64,000 nucleotides of DNA from Planctomycetales bacterium (lineage in GTDB: Bacteria; 4484-113), in assembly GCA_037441675.1 (NCBI GenBank), contig JBBIRS010000008.1, forward strand, positions 1 to 64,000, in the 5' to 3' direction. Within the stretch, counting starts at the first letter, position 1. Each line of letters begins with the position of its first letter. Below, one piece after another: positions 7,999 through 18,096 of the stretch. The notes under the pieces are model-generated. The model made no database searches. It worked only from the letters and a program-made list of their open reading frames with translations, and was not told the DNA's origin. Position numbers and translations under genes: made by a program.

Positions 7999-9348
7999 CT
8001 AACTTACAACTTTGTAAGATGCTTTTCCAGCATCAGCCTGTTGGGAAGAATTCAAGGCGGAAACTGGCTCATTAGGTAGAAGAAATATTATTACAACTGA
8101 CATAAGTAGTAATGCGCCAACCAACTGATGCGAACTTGTAATTAACACCTCTAAGTTCGTAGGAGCATGTTCTGAGCTTCTTATTCCGCTAACTATCCAT
8201 GACGAAAAACCTAGGACTATCTGAAATATCACCAATACCGTTAGCAACAAAGCCATCCAACTTTTAGCAGAAGCTTTAGGATTTAGAGCCCAAGTTCTAA
8301 TGCCCAAATAAATCGCAAAGATAATAACTATAACAGCCAAAGCTATATGAAAGAAAAGGCCGACTCCAAAGTGGCGAAGCATTGCACCAACTGAAAGCTG
8401 AATTATGAGCAGAGATAAAAGAACTAAAGGTAACCTATTCCCTATTAGAATTGAAGCCCGATAAGCCGATCTCCCCTCGCCTTGCAAGGTAAAAATTAAT
8501 ACAGAGAGTGCGACAATAAAAACAAAGAGCAATTGGCCTAAGACTCCATGAATAACCGCTAGTGTGGCATTTGGGTGAACGAGCTCAGGATTGGTGCTTA
8601 GAGTAAAAGTTCCTGTGACCCTGAGCCCGCCGAGAACTCCCTGGAGAATTACCAGCAAAAGAGCGCAGAAGGATAGCCATTTAATTAAACTTCGCCTTTC
8701 CTGTAACTGAAGATAAACGGTAAGGGTTAGGATATTTAATCCGACAAGGGCTCCAAAAAGTCTATGGGAGTGTTCAAAGAAAATGCCTCCGCTCATTTTA
8801 GAAAGCGGATAGAGAAACATATTGTAACCAAATGTGTTTGGCCAATCTACAACCGCTAGCCCAGCTTGATAGCCCGTAACTATTCCACCAACAATCAAGA
8901 GGATAAGGGTGGAGATGGCAGTGACTGATGCAAAAACACCCCGCCAATTAACTTCACGCTGATTAGGCGCGCCAAATAACCTTGCCAAGAAAACACCAAT
9001 TGCACAGAAAGTTCCTCCAAAGATGAGAAAGCCTGGTATAAAAATGAGAAAAGAGGGCGCTTTTGATGCGCCTTCCTCTGACAAAAGCCCCCCCAGAACC
9101 AGCATATTTAGCAGAGCAACGAAAATTCCAAAGTAGAATCCGCCAATTACTCCTCGTGAACTGAGCTTACCAAATATGAAACCACCAGTTAGCATTAGGA
9201 AAACCATTAAAAAAACGATAAGCCATTTTGGAACTGAGAGACCTGGAAATTTTAACGCGTAAGCGGCACTCCACATCGCAAGTACTGCTGCGAAGGCTAA
9301 TGACAGGATGTCACCAATATCATTTTGAGGCATTTCATGCTTCCCCAT
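7999..9348 (-). CDS. ctaA: Heme A synthase (COX15/CtaA family) with N-terminal TM extension
   Basis: AGLAVVDWP, FFEHSHRLFG, LQGVLGGLRV, IHGVLGQ, HQLVG. Confidence 0.88.
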   Translation of the reverse strand: MGKHEMPQNDIGDILSLAFAAVLAMWSAAYALKFPGLSVPKWLIVFLMVFLMLTGGFIFGKLSSRGVIGGFYFGIFVALLNMLVLGGLLSEEGASKAPSFLIFIPGFLIFGGTFCAIGVFLARLFGAPNQREVNWRGVFASVTAISTLILLIVGGIVTGYQAGLAVVDWPNTFGYNMFLYPLSKMSGGIFFEHSHRLFGALVGLNILTLTVYLQLQERRSLIKWLSFCALLLVILQGVLGGLRVTGTFTLSTNPELVHPNATLAVIHGVLGQLLFVFIVALSVLIFTLQGEGRSAYRASILIGNRLPLVLLSLLIIQLSVGAMLRHFGVGLFFHIALAVIVIIFAIYLGIRTWALNPKASAKSWMALLLTVLVIFQIVLGFSSWIVSGIRSSEHAPTNLEVLITSSHQLVGALLLMSVVIIFLLPNEPVSALNSSQQADAGKASYKVVS

Positions 9349-9638
9349 TGCCCTTTCATATTAAGACTTTATCTTGGAGCAAGCAAGTTAAATGATGAAA
9401 TTGATTTTGTCCTTGCTGACAAGAAAGCCCCGCTGTATTACAAACTAATCGCTGTTCAAACATTATTCTCATGCCTTAATTTGCCATCTTTCAGAAATTG
9501 ATTGAACACCTAAGATTATGGTTGTAGATGCATCGCAGAACTCTCATAAGTATTGAAACTAATTCTCACATTAGTATGGTATCCTAATGAGGGTTGTTTA
9601 TTAACCTTATTAAGGTTAAGGTTACAAAGATTTGTCCC

Positions 9639-10580
9639 ATGAAAGCGCTGTCTTACTTAGAGCTAACAAAACCTAGGCTTTCCGCCCTTGTAACTTTTAC
9701 CGCGCTAGTTGGATACTTTCTTGGAAGCAACGCGAGCGATGGTTATCACGCGCTATTCCCAATTGTATTGGGCACCTTCCTAAGCGCCGGTGGAGCTAAT
9801 GCTTTGAATCAATTGCTGGAAGCCGCAAAAGATGCAAGAATGGCACGCACTATGAACCGACCTATTCCCAGCGGAAGAATTCAACCAATCATAGCTTTAG
9901 TTTTTGGACTAACACTTTCCATCCTGGGGGTTTTTATCCTCTTAGTGCTCGTTAACTCACTGGCTGGGCTATTGGCGCTAACTTCTGCCTTAATTTATCT
10001 ACTAGTTTATACCCCTCTCAAGGTGGTGACTCCATTTTGCACAATTGTCGGAGCGGTTGTGGGAGCAATCCCACCGTTAATTGGTTGGGCAGGCGCACAA
10101 GGAACCTTAGGCTTTGGCGCTCTCGTTCTGGCTTCTATCCTTTTTGTCTGGCAGATCCCACATTTCTTGTCTCTAGCATGGCTGTATCGCGCAGATTATG
10201 AAAATGGCGGTTTCAAAATGCTCCCCCTTTACGATAGGCATGGCTATTTCACTACCCAGCTGACTTTCGTTTATACATTAGCTTTAGTTCCACTCTCTCT
10301 CTTCGCTGGTATAAGTCTAAACACAGGCATTATCTATAAAACCGGCTCTCTTTCCCTTTCGCTCCTGATGCTCTTTTTAGCTGGGATGTTAATAATTAAT
10401 AGAAGCTCCCCTAGAGCGAGAAGAATGTTCCGCGCCAGCATAATTTACCTTCCGATACTTCTATGCCTAATCCTACTTGATAGAAGCGGAGCAAATTTAA
10501 CGAACAGGTATTTCTCGCTGTTCAACAATAACGCGAAAATTCAGGTTTTTATGGAAAATCAGAAAATTGAAAATCGCTAG
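9639..10580 (+). CDS. ctaB: Protoheme IX farnesyltransferase (heme O synthase)
   Basis: ELTKP, NQLLE..KDARMARTMNRPIPSG, YTPLK, WQIPHF, DYENGG. Confidence 0.95.
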   Translation: MKALSYLELTKPRLSALVTFTALVGYFLGSNASDGYHALFPIVLGTFLSAGGANALNQLLEAAKDARMARTMNRPIPSGRIQPIIALVFGLTLSILGVFILLVLVNSLAGLLALTSALIYLLVYTPLKVVTPFCTIVGAVVGAIPPLIGWAGAQGTLGFGALVLASILFVWQIPHFLSLAWLYRADYENGGFKMLPLYDRHGYFTTQLTFVYTLALVPLSLFAGISLNTGIIYKTGSLSLSLLMLFLAGMLIINRSSPRARRMFRASIIYLPILLCLILLDRSGANLTNRYFSLFNNNAKIQVFMENQKIENR

Positions 10581-10694
10581 GACTTGAACAGGTCATAGGC
10601 GATGGGCATAATGGCGAAAAGTCTTTCCACTAATTAAAATAGGATTAGAACTATCCTTTGCACTTGAATGTTTAATAAGCAGAAGCTCTTAAGC

Positions 10695-11276
10695 CTACCA
10701 GAAGATTAGTAAAGCAATGAAAATCAGAACCCAAACAACATCCAGAAAGTGCCAGTAGATTGAGGTATAGACTATCCCAGCGTGGTTTGTGGAGCTATAC
10801 AGTCCCCTGAAAGATTTAGCTGTTACAACACTTAGGGGAAATAACCCGCCAAGAACGTGCGCCCCGTGTAAACCTGTTAGTAGATAGAAGGTAAAACCGT
10901 AGAGGTTAGATTTTGCAGTAATGCCAGCCCGAACTAACTGGACCCAGTTAATAAGTTGTGAAACTAGAAATCCCAAACCCAGAAGTAAAGTAATCATCAG
11001 AAGAGTCTTTAGAAGAACTCTGCTTTCACGTCTGACCGCCTGAAGGGCAAGGTGAATTGTGAAGCTACTTAAAATGATTAACGCAGTGCTAATCCATAAG
11101 CCAAAAGGCAGTGGCGTAGTCTCTATTAACTCTGTTGCCCTGATCCGAGAGCGGACAATTATGAATCCAATTGCAGTCGCAGCGAATAGAACGCTCAGGG
11201 AAGCAATGAATACGAGCATACCAGCGTAACCTATACGGAAAGCTTGGGACCGCGAAGCTAATTCAGTTTTCTCCAT
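10695..11276 (-). CDS. Cytochrome c oxidase subunit III-like protein (second copy)
   Basis: FYLLTGLHGAHV and YWHFLDVVW motifs. Confidence 0.9.
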   Translation of the reverse strand: MEKTELASRSQAFRIGYAGMLVFIASLSVLFAATAIGFIIVRSRIRATELIETTPLPFGLWISTALIILSSFTIHLALQAVRRESRVLLKTLLMITLLLGLGFLVSQLINWVQLVRAGITAKSNLYGFTFYLLTGLHGAHVLGGLFPLSVVTAKSFRGLYSSTNHAGIVYTSIYWHFLDVVWVLIFIALLIFW

Positions 11277-11294
11277 TGTGCTTTCCTCATTTTA

Positions 11295-11666
11295 CTATTG
11301 ACCCACCCCTGGAGCATAGCCGGGTATCAACTCGGGATGATAGGAAATCGTATCCATTAACGCTAAACCGACAAAAAGTAGCACGAAGAACAGGGAGGCA
11401 ATGAATACAAAAGAGTAGAATGCGCGTTCATACCTTAGATGCATAAAGTAAAGAGCAACTAGCGTCGCCTTCAAGGTTGCAATCCCCATCGCTATCCAAA
11501 GGTTAAGAGCACCCAAATTAAATTTCACCGCAAGAACTGTGAAGTATGTAAGTACCATTAACACTGCCCAGACATAAAGAAGAACCTGCCAGGGAACGAT
11601 ATGGGCAATGTGCTCCTCTTCTTGGAAGGTATTTTCGTAATTTGATGTTTTGCTTGTCTCTGTCAT
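11295..11666 (-). CDS. Cytochrome c oxidase subunit IV (caa3 type)
   Basis: IATLKATLVALYFMHLRYE motif; 3 TM helices; operon position. Confidence 0.9.
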   Translation of the reverse strand: MTETSKTSNYENTFQEEEHIAHIVPWQVLLYVWAVLMVLTYFTVLAVKFNLGALNLWIAMGIATLKATLVALYFMHLRYERAFYSFVFIASLFFVLLFVGLALMDTISYHPELIPGYAPGVGQ

Positions 11667-11678
11667 TTCTAAAAACTC

Positions 11679-12596
11679 CTAGTGAATTAAATAGAATAGC
11701 GGAAAGAGATATATCCAAATCAAATCTACCAAGTGCCAGTAAAGACCTGTAAGGTCTACCGCGGTAAAATTCATCGGGCTAAATTTTCCCTTAACAGCCA
11801 TAACTAGAATTACACTGATAGCGATGATACCGATTAGCACGTGGAGTCCATGAAGACCTGTCATTGCAAAGTAAACTGCGAAGAAAAGCTGAACATTTTT
11901 TGGCTTGTCCTCTATGGTGGCAGATTCGGGAGAATGACCTTGTGTTTCAGCTTGATTCAAATTGGTTCTAGATGTTGCTTCAACGATAATACCTGTAGAT
12001 TGCGTTTGCTCAAGGGAAGTATCTGCGCCATTATTAGCTTCTGAGGCAGTCTGCGCATTACCTAATGGAATAGAATTAGTGGTTGCTGTATCTCGGTTCT
12101 CAGGATTTTCGATACTTTCCACGCTGTTCATTTCTCTCTCGCTATGAGCCTGTGGTTTGTATAGCTTGCCCCAGAGAAGCCCATGCTTCCACTTCTGCTC
12201 ATACTCCACGTACTTTATTCCTAAAAAGCCCAACCCTCCGAGAATGGTTAGCGCGAGAAAAAGTATTAACAGACCACGCTGACCAAGCTGGGCGCATCTC
12301 ACTCCTAGCGCAATCGTTAAACTGCTACAGATCAGTATCACAGTGTTGATAGCACCCAAACGAGTGTCTAGATACTTGTGGCCGTAAATGAATATTTCCG
12401 GGTGGTTTGCTCTATAAACGGAGTATGCTACAAATAAACCACCAAAGAGAAGAACCTCCGTAATTAGGAATAGCCACATACCAAGCTTTGTGGATTCGTA
12501 CTGCTGTTTCAGGCTGGTAAAATGGTGAGCCAGATGGGCGTGTTGCCCGTGACCTCCATGAACATTTTCTGCGCCTTTCATATTATTTCTATCCAA
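11679..12596 (-). CDS. ctaE: Cytochrome c oxidase subunit III
   Basis: GMWLFLITEVLLFGG, MTGLHGLHV, LYWHLVDLIW; long hydrophilic loop insert. Confidence 0.92.
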   Translation of the reverse strand: MDRNNMKGAENVHGGHGQHAHLAHHFTSLKQQYESTKLGMWLFLITEVLLFGGLFVAYSVYRANHPEIFIYGHKYLDTRLGAINTVILICSSLTIALGVRCAQLGQRGLLILFLALTILGGLGFLGIKYVEYEQKWKHGLLWGKLYKPQAHSEREMNSVESIENPENRDTATTNSIPLGNAQTASEANNGADTSLEQTQSTGIIVEATSRTNLNQAETQGHSPESATIEDKPKNVQLFFAVYFAMTGLHGLHVLIGIIAISVILVMAVKGKFSPMNFTAVDLTGLYWHLVDLIWIYLFPLFYLIH

Positions 12597-12610
12597 TCAC
12601 CTGATATTTC

Positions 12611-14299
12611 CTATGCCAGCGAGGGATTTATCTCTTCCCTCAAGATATACTCCTCCCTGTCAGGCTGATATACGAGTCTCGTAAAGTCATATGGGTCATA
12701 TGCTTGCGGCGGAGATAGGAAGTTTTCTTTAATGGGGGGAGATGCGGTGTGCCATTCAAGGGAAGCGCCTCCCCAGGGGTTTGCAGGTGCAGGTTTTCCT
12801 CGAAATAGCGAATGCACAAGGTATATCGCGGTTAGGAAGAACCCAACTGCCATAATGTATGAACCGATACTGGAAACTTGATGAAGGGTTGTGAACTCTT
12901 GGGGATAATCCGCATATCTTCTAGGCATACCCTGAATTCCCAAAAGAAACTGCGGGATGAACGTGATATTGAAGCCAATAAACACTAGCCAAAACGCAAT
13001 CTTGCCGAACCTTTCGCTGTACATTCTTCCAAACATCTTGGGCCACCAATGATGTATTCCGCCAATAAAAGCCATTAGCGCTCCACCCATCATCGTATAG
13101 TGAAAGTGTGCCACAACAAAGTAAGTATCATGAAGATGAACATCAGTGGCTAAAGCGCCCAAAAATAGCCCTGTAAGCCCTCCCACTAAGAAAAGGAAGA
13201 TGAAAGAAAGAGCATAGAGCATTGGCGTATTAAGCCGAATGGAACCTTTATACATCGTCGCAAGCCAGTTAAAGACCTTGATGGCAGAGGGGATAGCAAC
13301 CGCAAAAGTAAGTCCGCTAAATATCATATTGGCAAGGTTGGACTGTCCGCTCACAAACATGTGATGACCCCAAACTAAAAAACTAATAATCGCTATGGCG
13401 AGGCTACTAAAAGCTATAAACTTATAGCCAAAAATATGCTTACGACTATGTATGGGTATTAACTCGCTGATTATGCCCATCGCAGGAAGAATCATTATGT
13501 AAACTGCGGGATGCGAGTAAAACCAGAAAAAGTGCTGGAATAGCACAGGATCACCACCCAAGGCTGGATTGAAAATACCGATGCCAAGAAGCCTCTCAGC
13601 TATCAAAAGAAGTAGGGTAATTCCTAAAACTGGTGTGGCAAGAACCTGAATGATTGCGGTTGCATAAAGCGCCCAGACGAGGAGGGGCAACTTGAACCAG
13701 GTTAATCCATCAGTTCTTAGGAAATGAATCGTTACTATGAAGTTAAGACCAGTAAATATTGAACTAAAACCCAGCAGAAAGGCGCCAAATAGAACCGCAG
13801 ATACGCTAGTCGTGGTGATGGTGCTGTATGGAGTGTAAAATGTCCAGCCGGTATCTAGTCCACCCGTGACTAACGAGACAAGGGCAAAAATTGCTCCACC
13901 AACCCAAAAGTAGTAGCTAAGCAGGTTTAGCTTCGGAAAAGCTACGTCTTTCGCACCGAGCATCATTGGCAATACAAAGTTGCCTAACGCGGCTGGAATG
14001 CTCGGGATGATAACAAGAAATATCATTATTGCGCCATGGAGGGTAAAGGCTTTGTTATAAGTTTCAGCGTCCATTATCGTTTTGCCAGAGGCAATCAGCT
14101 CTGTCCGAACCATCAGTGCGAACATTCCACCTAAAAAAAACGAGGTAAGGATGGACACTAGATAAAGTATGCCTATTCGCTTGTGGTCAAGCGTGACTAT
14201 CCAGGATAGAAAACCCGTCCGCGAGTTAAGGTAGTTTTCCTGCGCGCCTTTTTTTTCAGCCTTTAAACCTTTCGGTTTAGTCAATCCTAGCTCTTCCAT
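12611..14299 (-). CDS. ctaD: Cytochrome c oxidase subunit I, A2-type heme-copper oxidase
   Basis: [24 protein letters not shown] (YS motif of the A2 type), WGHH, VAHFH, GMPRRY. Confidence 0.97.
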   Translation of the reverse strand: MEELGLTKPKGLKAEKKGAQENYLNSRTGFLSWIVTLDHKRIGILYLVSILTSFFLGGMFALMVRTELIASGKTIMDAETYNKAFTLHGAIMIFLVIIPSIPAALGNFVLPMMLGAKDVAFPKLNLLSYYFWVGGAIFALVSLVTGGLDTGWTFYTPYSTITTTSVSAVLFGAFLLGFSSIFTGLNFIVTIHFLRTDGLTWFKLPLLVWALYATAIIQVLATPVLGITLLLLIAERLLGIGIFNPALGGDPVLFQHFFWFYSHPAVYIMILPAMGIISELIPIHSRKHIFGYKFIAFSSLAIAIISFLVWGHHMFVSGQSNLANMIFSGLTFAVAIPSAIKVFNWLATMYKGSIRLNTPMLYALSFIFLFLVGGLTGLFLGALATDVHLHDTYFVVAHFHYTMMGGALMAFIGGIHHWWPKMFGRMYSERFGKIAFWLVFIGFNITFIPQFLLGIQGMPRRYADYPQEFTTLHQVSSIGSYIMAVGFFLTAIYLVHSLFRGKPAPANPWGGASLEWHTASPPIKENFLSPPQAYDPYDFTRLVYQPDREEYILREEINPSLA

Positions 14300-14381
14300 T
14301 GAGCTTCTCCTTTTACTCTATAAACCAAATTCGTTACCTCTTTTTGATACCTTGTTTTACCTATTATCCCCTTCATTACTT

Positions 14382-15479
14382 TTAGATTTTCTTCTCTTGA
14401 GTAGCATTTCCCTCTTGAGAAGTTTGACTAGAATCGCCTTTTGTCTCCTCCTCTTTCTCTCTTGCCTTTTCCAATTCTAAATTGGCTCTTCCCTTTTTAG
14501 ATAGGGACTTCAAATAAGCGATAATGGCAGAAATTTCCGCATCTTTCAACCTTCCCTTGTACGTTGGCATAACAGGATCAAAACCACCAACGACCTTCGC
14601 CAGTGGCTCAGTAATTGATTCTCTCACGTAGTTTTCTTCTGCGATAACTTTTTTCCCATCTCGGAGAGTAACGCTTTCACCGAAGAAATCCTTAAAGGTC
14701 GGGCCAATCTTTCTTGATCCATCAACGGAGTGGCACTGCATACAACCCCTAGTTTCGAATAGTTTCTTGCCTGCCTCAACTGGAGAAAGGGTCAGTATGT
14801 AGCTTGAGGACTTCTCTAGCCATTTTTCATATTCGCCAGCCTCATGCACGACCATCTTTGTTAGCATTGTGGAATGGCCAGTTCCGCAGTATTCTGCACA
14901 GTATATGGGATATTCACCCGGTACGGTCACCTTAAACCAAAGCTTGGAATACCTTCCAGGAACAGCATCACGCTTCAGCCTTAAGGCTGGTATAAAGAGA
15001 GAATGTATCACGTCCTCTGATGTAATCACCAGTGTGACAGCTTGATTTGTGGGAACGTGCAACTCTTTATCAATATATCCGTTTGGATAGGTAAATAACC
15101 AGTTCCACCTCTGACCAGTTACGTTAATTTCATAAGTTTCTAGTGGAGCAATCGCCATATCCATATACCCTTTGAAGCCAGCAAGGAAAATCACGAAAAC
15201 AAGAACCAACGGAATTACTGTCCAGGTTAACTCTAAGGGAAGGTTATGCTTTGGTGCTTCTTTGGCTTCCACGCCCAGCCGATGCCGGTAAAGAATGAGA
15301 AAAATTAACATTAGCCCAACAATTAAGAAAAAGAAGAAACCCGTTATGGCAAGAATGAAGAAGAAGAGTTTATCCACATTTGTAGCGGAAGCACTGGGAG
15401 GCAGAATCCTACCTGCCTCTACTATATAGAGAAGAAATTTTTGCCCAAAGAACGTGAAATATGCTATGGGAAAATTCAT
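14382..15479 (-). CDS. ctaC: Cytochrome c oxidase subunit II with fused C-terminal cytochrome c (caa3)
   Basis: CuA ligands DVIHS...CAEYCGTGHSTM; CMQCH heme motif; MP distal ligand. Confidence 0.95.
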   Translation of the reverse strand: MNFPIAYFTFFGQKFLLYIVEAGRILPPSASATNVDKLFFFILAITGFFFFLIVGLMLIFLILYRHRLGVEAKEAPKHNLPLELTWTVIPLVLVFVIFLAGFKGYMDMAIAPLETYEINVTGQRWNWLFTYPNGYIDKELHVPTNQAVTLVITSEDVIHSLFIPALRLKRDAVPGRYSKLWFKVTVPGEYPIYCAEYCGTGHSTMLTKMVVHEAGEYEKWLEKSSSYILTLSPVEAGKKLFETRGCMQCHSVDGSRKIGPTFKDFFGESVTLRDGKKVIAEENYVRESITEPLAKVVGGFDPVMPTYKGRLKDAEISAIIAYLKSLSKKGRANLELEKAREKEEETKGDSSQTSQEGNATQEKKI

Positions 15480-15490
15480 CTTTCTTTTCT

Positions 15491-16420
15491 CTAACTTGAA
15501 GTCTTAACACGATAATGCCGTAAATCCCGCGCCCAGAAGATGCTAAGAGCTATTGCGAGAATCGCTACAGTTAAGGTGCCAGCGAGTCTGACTATATTCA
15601 TAATTATTGGAGTATATTTTCCTGTTGCTGAGTTGTAACGATAACAGTAAAGAAACACGTGGTCAGCAAATGTTCCAATCCTGCCTTGGGATGCCTCAAT
15701 AATTGAAAGGCGAAGAACTTTGGGGTCATAAAGCACGTCGTAAAGATAGCGTGAGATGCGTCCATCAGGCGTAAGTAAAATAAGCGCTGCGACGTGGGCA
15801 AATTCCCCACTTTGAGGATCAAATCTATAGTTAAAGCCAACAGCCCTAGTCAGCTCTTTAATGTTATTATCCTTGCCTGTTAGAAAATGCCAACCGGCAG
15901 CTGAATCTGGACTGCCTAAAGATTGAATATAATTTTGCTTCTTAAGTTTAGCCAGTTTATAGGTTTCAAGCGGGTTAATGCTTGCGGTCACAATCTCAAA
16001 GTCTTTCCCGGGGTAAAGATTAATTTCTCGTAAAGCCTCCACAAGTCCATTCAGCTGGAGAGTGCAGAGCATTGGACACTCGTAATAGTTCAGGGTTAGC
16101 AGAACTGGCTTGCCCTTATGAAAATATTCCGCTAGAGCAACTTCTTTGCCATTCTCGTCCTTGAATGTTAGTTCAAATGGAATTTTATCATTTAGACGCT
16201 CAGTTACAGAAACACCTTCAAGCTCGCTGGGCGGAGGTTCAATTCGCTCAGCATGGACAGTAAGCAATGAAACTGTTAATAGAAGAAGCAAGCCTAGGGC
16301 GTTAACAAAAATTCCCCGCTGAAATGAAAACTTACCAAGACCTAGAATCGTGCATACGATTGAACATCCACCAACTTTTGGCGATGATTTAAGAAAAGCA
16401 CATTTTTCATTATTCTTCAT
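15491..16420 (-). CDS. SCO1/SenC family copper chaperone
   Basis: YYECPMLC (CxxxC) plus conserved FAH; C-terminal TM; start uncertain. Confidence 0.9.
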   Translation of the reverse strand: MKNNEKCAFLKSSPKVGGCSIVCTILGLGKFSFQRGIFVNALGLLLLLTVSLLTVHAERIEPPPSELEGVSVTERLNDKIPFELTFKDENGKEVALAEYFHKGKPVLLTLNYYECPMLCTLQLNGLVEALREINLYPGKDFEIVTASINPLETYKLAKLKKQNYIQSLGSPDSAAGWHFLTGKDNNIKELTRAVGFNYRFDPQSGEFAHVAALILLTPDGRISRYLYDVLYDPKVLRLSIIEASQGRIGTFADHVFLYCYRYNSATGKYTPIIMNIVRLAGTLTVAILAIALSIFWARDLRHYRVKTSS

Positions 16421-16449
16421 TGGGACAAAGCCATCACACATCAGAATAC

Positions 16450-16809
16450 TTAAGCCTTTGAATTCTTATTACTAGCGTTTTTCTCCTTTTCATTTACTTC
16501 TTCTAGATCTCGGGAAAGCTCATTTACGGTAATCTCAACTGCGCGGTCTATGGGTATAGCGAGAATGCCTCCTTTTTCGTCTATCCAGCGGTAAGTGTTT
16601 ATCCTTTCAAGCTGCTCTGTTTGGAGATTAATCAGCGATTCGTACCTTTGAGAAACAGCCTTTTTCTCCAACTCCACTCTCTCATACCTGAAATACCAAG
16701 CTGACATAGCTACGATACTCACGTAAACTAGAACAATAGAAACAACAGCAATAGTTATGACTAGAGATATATCCACGTCCTCAATATAACTTTTAGCCTT
16801 TTCAGCCAT
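16450..16809 (-). CDS. ActG-like single-TM subunit of alternative complex III
   Basis: YRWID...IPIDRAV motif; position between actF and SCO. Confidence 0.7.
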   Translation of the reverse strand: MAEKAKSYIEDVDISLVITIAVVSIVLVYVSIVAMSAWYFRYERVELEKKAVSQRYESLINLQTEQLERINTYRWIDEKGGILAIPIDRAVEITVNELSRDLEEVNEKEKNASNKNSKA

Positions 16810-16862
16810 ATTCTTTATCCTTTACTTCGTCCTTTGTTGCCAAAACAAAGCATCTGAATTAT

Positions 16863-18083
16863 CTAACTTAGTTCAGCAAATCTTAAAGATTTTTCAAGAC
16901 ACGGGTCGTTTACCGGAACTAGGCTATACCTTCTTACAAGGTAGAGGAAACTTGAAACGACAATAGCGAAGAAACCAAACATGGTGCTAAGCTCAATTAA
17001 CCCAGGGGGGACAATTCCCCCACTAAACTCCGGCATAATTAACCAATATATATCAACATAATGCATTACGAGCATCCATACCGCAAAAGTGACTAGTAAC
17101 TGCTTTCTCCTCTTGGCGAAGCGGGAAATCAAGCCAAGAAATGGAATGATGAAATGCCCAATGAGGATTATGAGGGAAACAATACTCCAACTGCCGTGGA
17201 AACGTTTGGCGAAAAAGACAGTCTCTTCCGTGATATTTGCATACCAAATGAGCATAAATTGCGAAAAGCCAATGTAAGCCCAGAAGATGATAAAGCCGAA
17301 AAGAAACTTTCCTAAATTGTGATAGTGATCAATCTTTAATACACCACGGAAATAACCCAAAGATTCTAAAATGGCGGATAGGGCGATTAGAAGAGCAAAT
17401 ATGGAAACCGCACTTCCAGCAAAGAAATAAACTCCATAAATCGTTGAGTACCAATAGGGTTCAAGGGACATCATAAAATCAAAGGAGAAGAAAGTAAGGG
17501 TGAAGCCGAATAGAATGAGGATTGGCGCGCTCATACGTTGAAGTGTGAGGGTTATACCAGGGTCTTTACTTTTGTCCTGAATAAGAGATAGCCTTAATAG
17601 GAAGATTGAGGTTGTTATCCAAACTACGAAATAAAAAACCCCTCGCGCGGTAAAGAAAGGCAGATTCAGGTAAGCGGACTTTCCTTTTAGGATAGTGTCT
17701 GAAGCAATTAAAGCCTTGTCAGTCCATTCATAAAGTATATTCGCACCTAGCAGTATTGGGATGGACAGTATCGCCAAGACTACGAAAGGCGCTAAAATGA
17801 ACTCTGCGATTCTCCTTATTAAGATACTCCAACTTGCTTTGGTTACATGTTGAACACATATAAAGAAAAGCGCACCGAGGGAGAGAGAAAGAAAGTAGCA
17901 GAAAGCAGTTAAATAAGAGAAAAGGAAATGCTTCACCTGCCCAGCGGTTGTGGAGAGAATAAATGAGAGCGTCAATAAGCCTACACCTATTAGCGCGAGT
18001 AAGAGAGCGCCTTTCCCAATCTTGCCCCTTAACACTAAATCGGAGAAGCTAGCATTTTGCAACTGTAAATTACTTTTTTTCAT
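16863..18083 (-). CDS. actF: Alternative complex III subunit ActF (NrfD-like membrane subunit)
   Basis: DFMMSLEPYWYSTIYG, HNLGKFLFGF, WAYIGFSQFMLIWYANITEE; ATG 18083 follows the actDE stop. Confidence 0.9.
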   Translation of the reverse strand: MKKSNLQLQNASFSDLVLRGKIGKGALLLALIGVGLLTLSFILSTTAGQVKHFLFSYLTAFCYFLSLSLGALFFICVQHVTKASWSILIRRIAEFILAPFVVLAILSIPILLGANILYEWTDKALIASDTILKGKSAYLNLPFFTARGVFYFVVWITTSIFLLRLSLIQDKSKDPGITLTLQRMSAPILILFGFTLTFFSFDFMMSLEPYWYSTIYGVYFFAGSAVSIFALLIALSAILESLGYFRGVLKIDHYHNLGKFLFGFIIFWAYIGFSQFMLIWYANITEETVFFAKRFHGSWSIVSLIILIGHFIIPFLGLISRFAKRRKQLLVTFAVWMLVMHYVDIYWLIMPEFSGGIVPPGLIELSTMFGFFAIVVSSFLYLVRRYSLVPVNDPCLEKSLRFAELS

Positions 18084-18096
18084 CTTTGATCCTATA

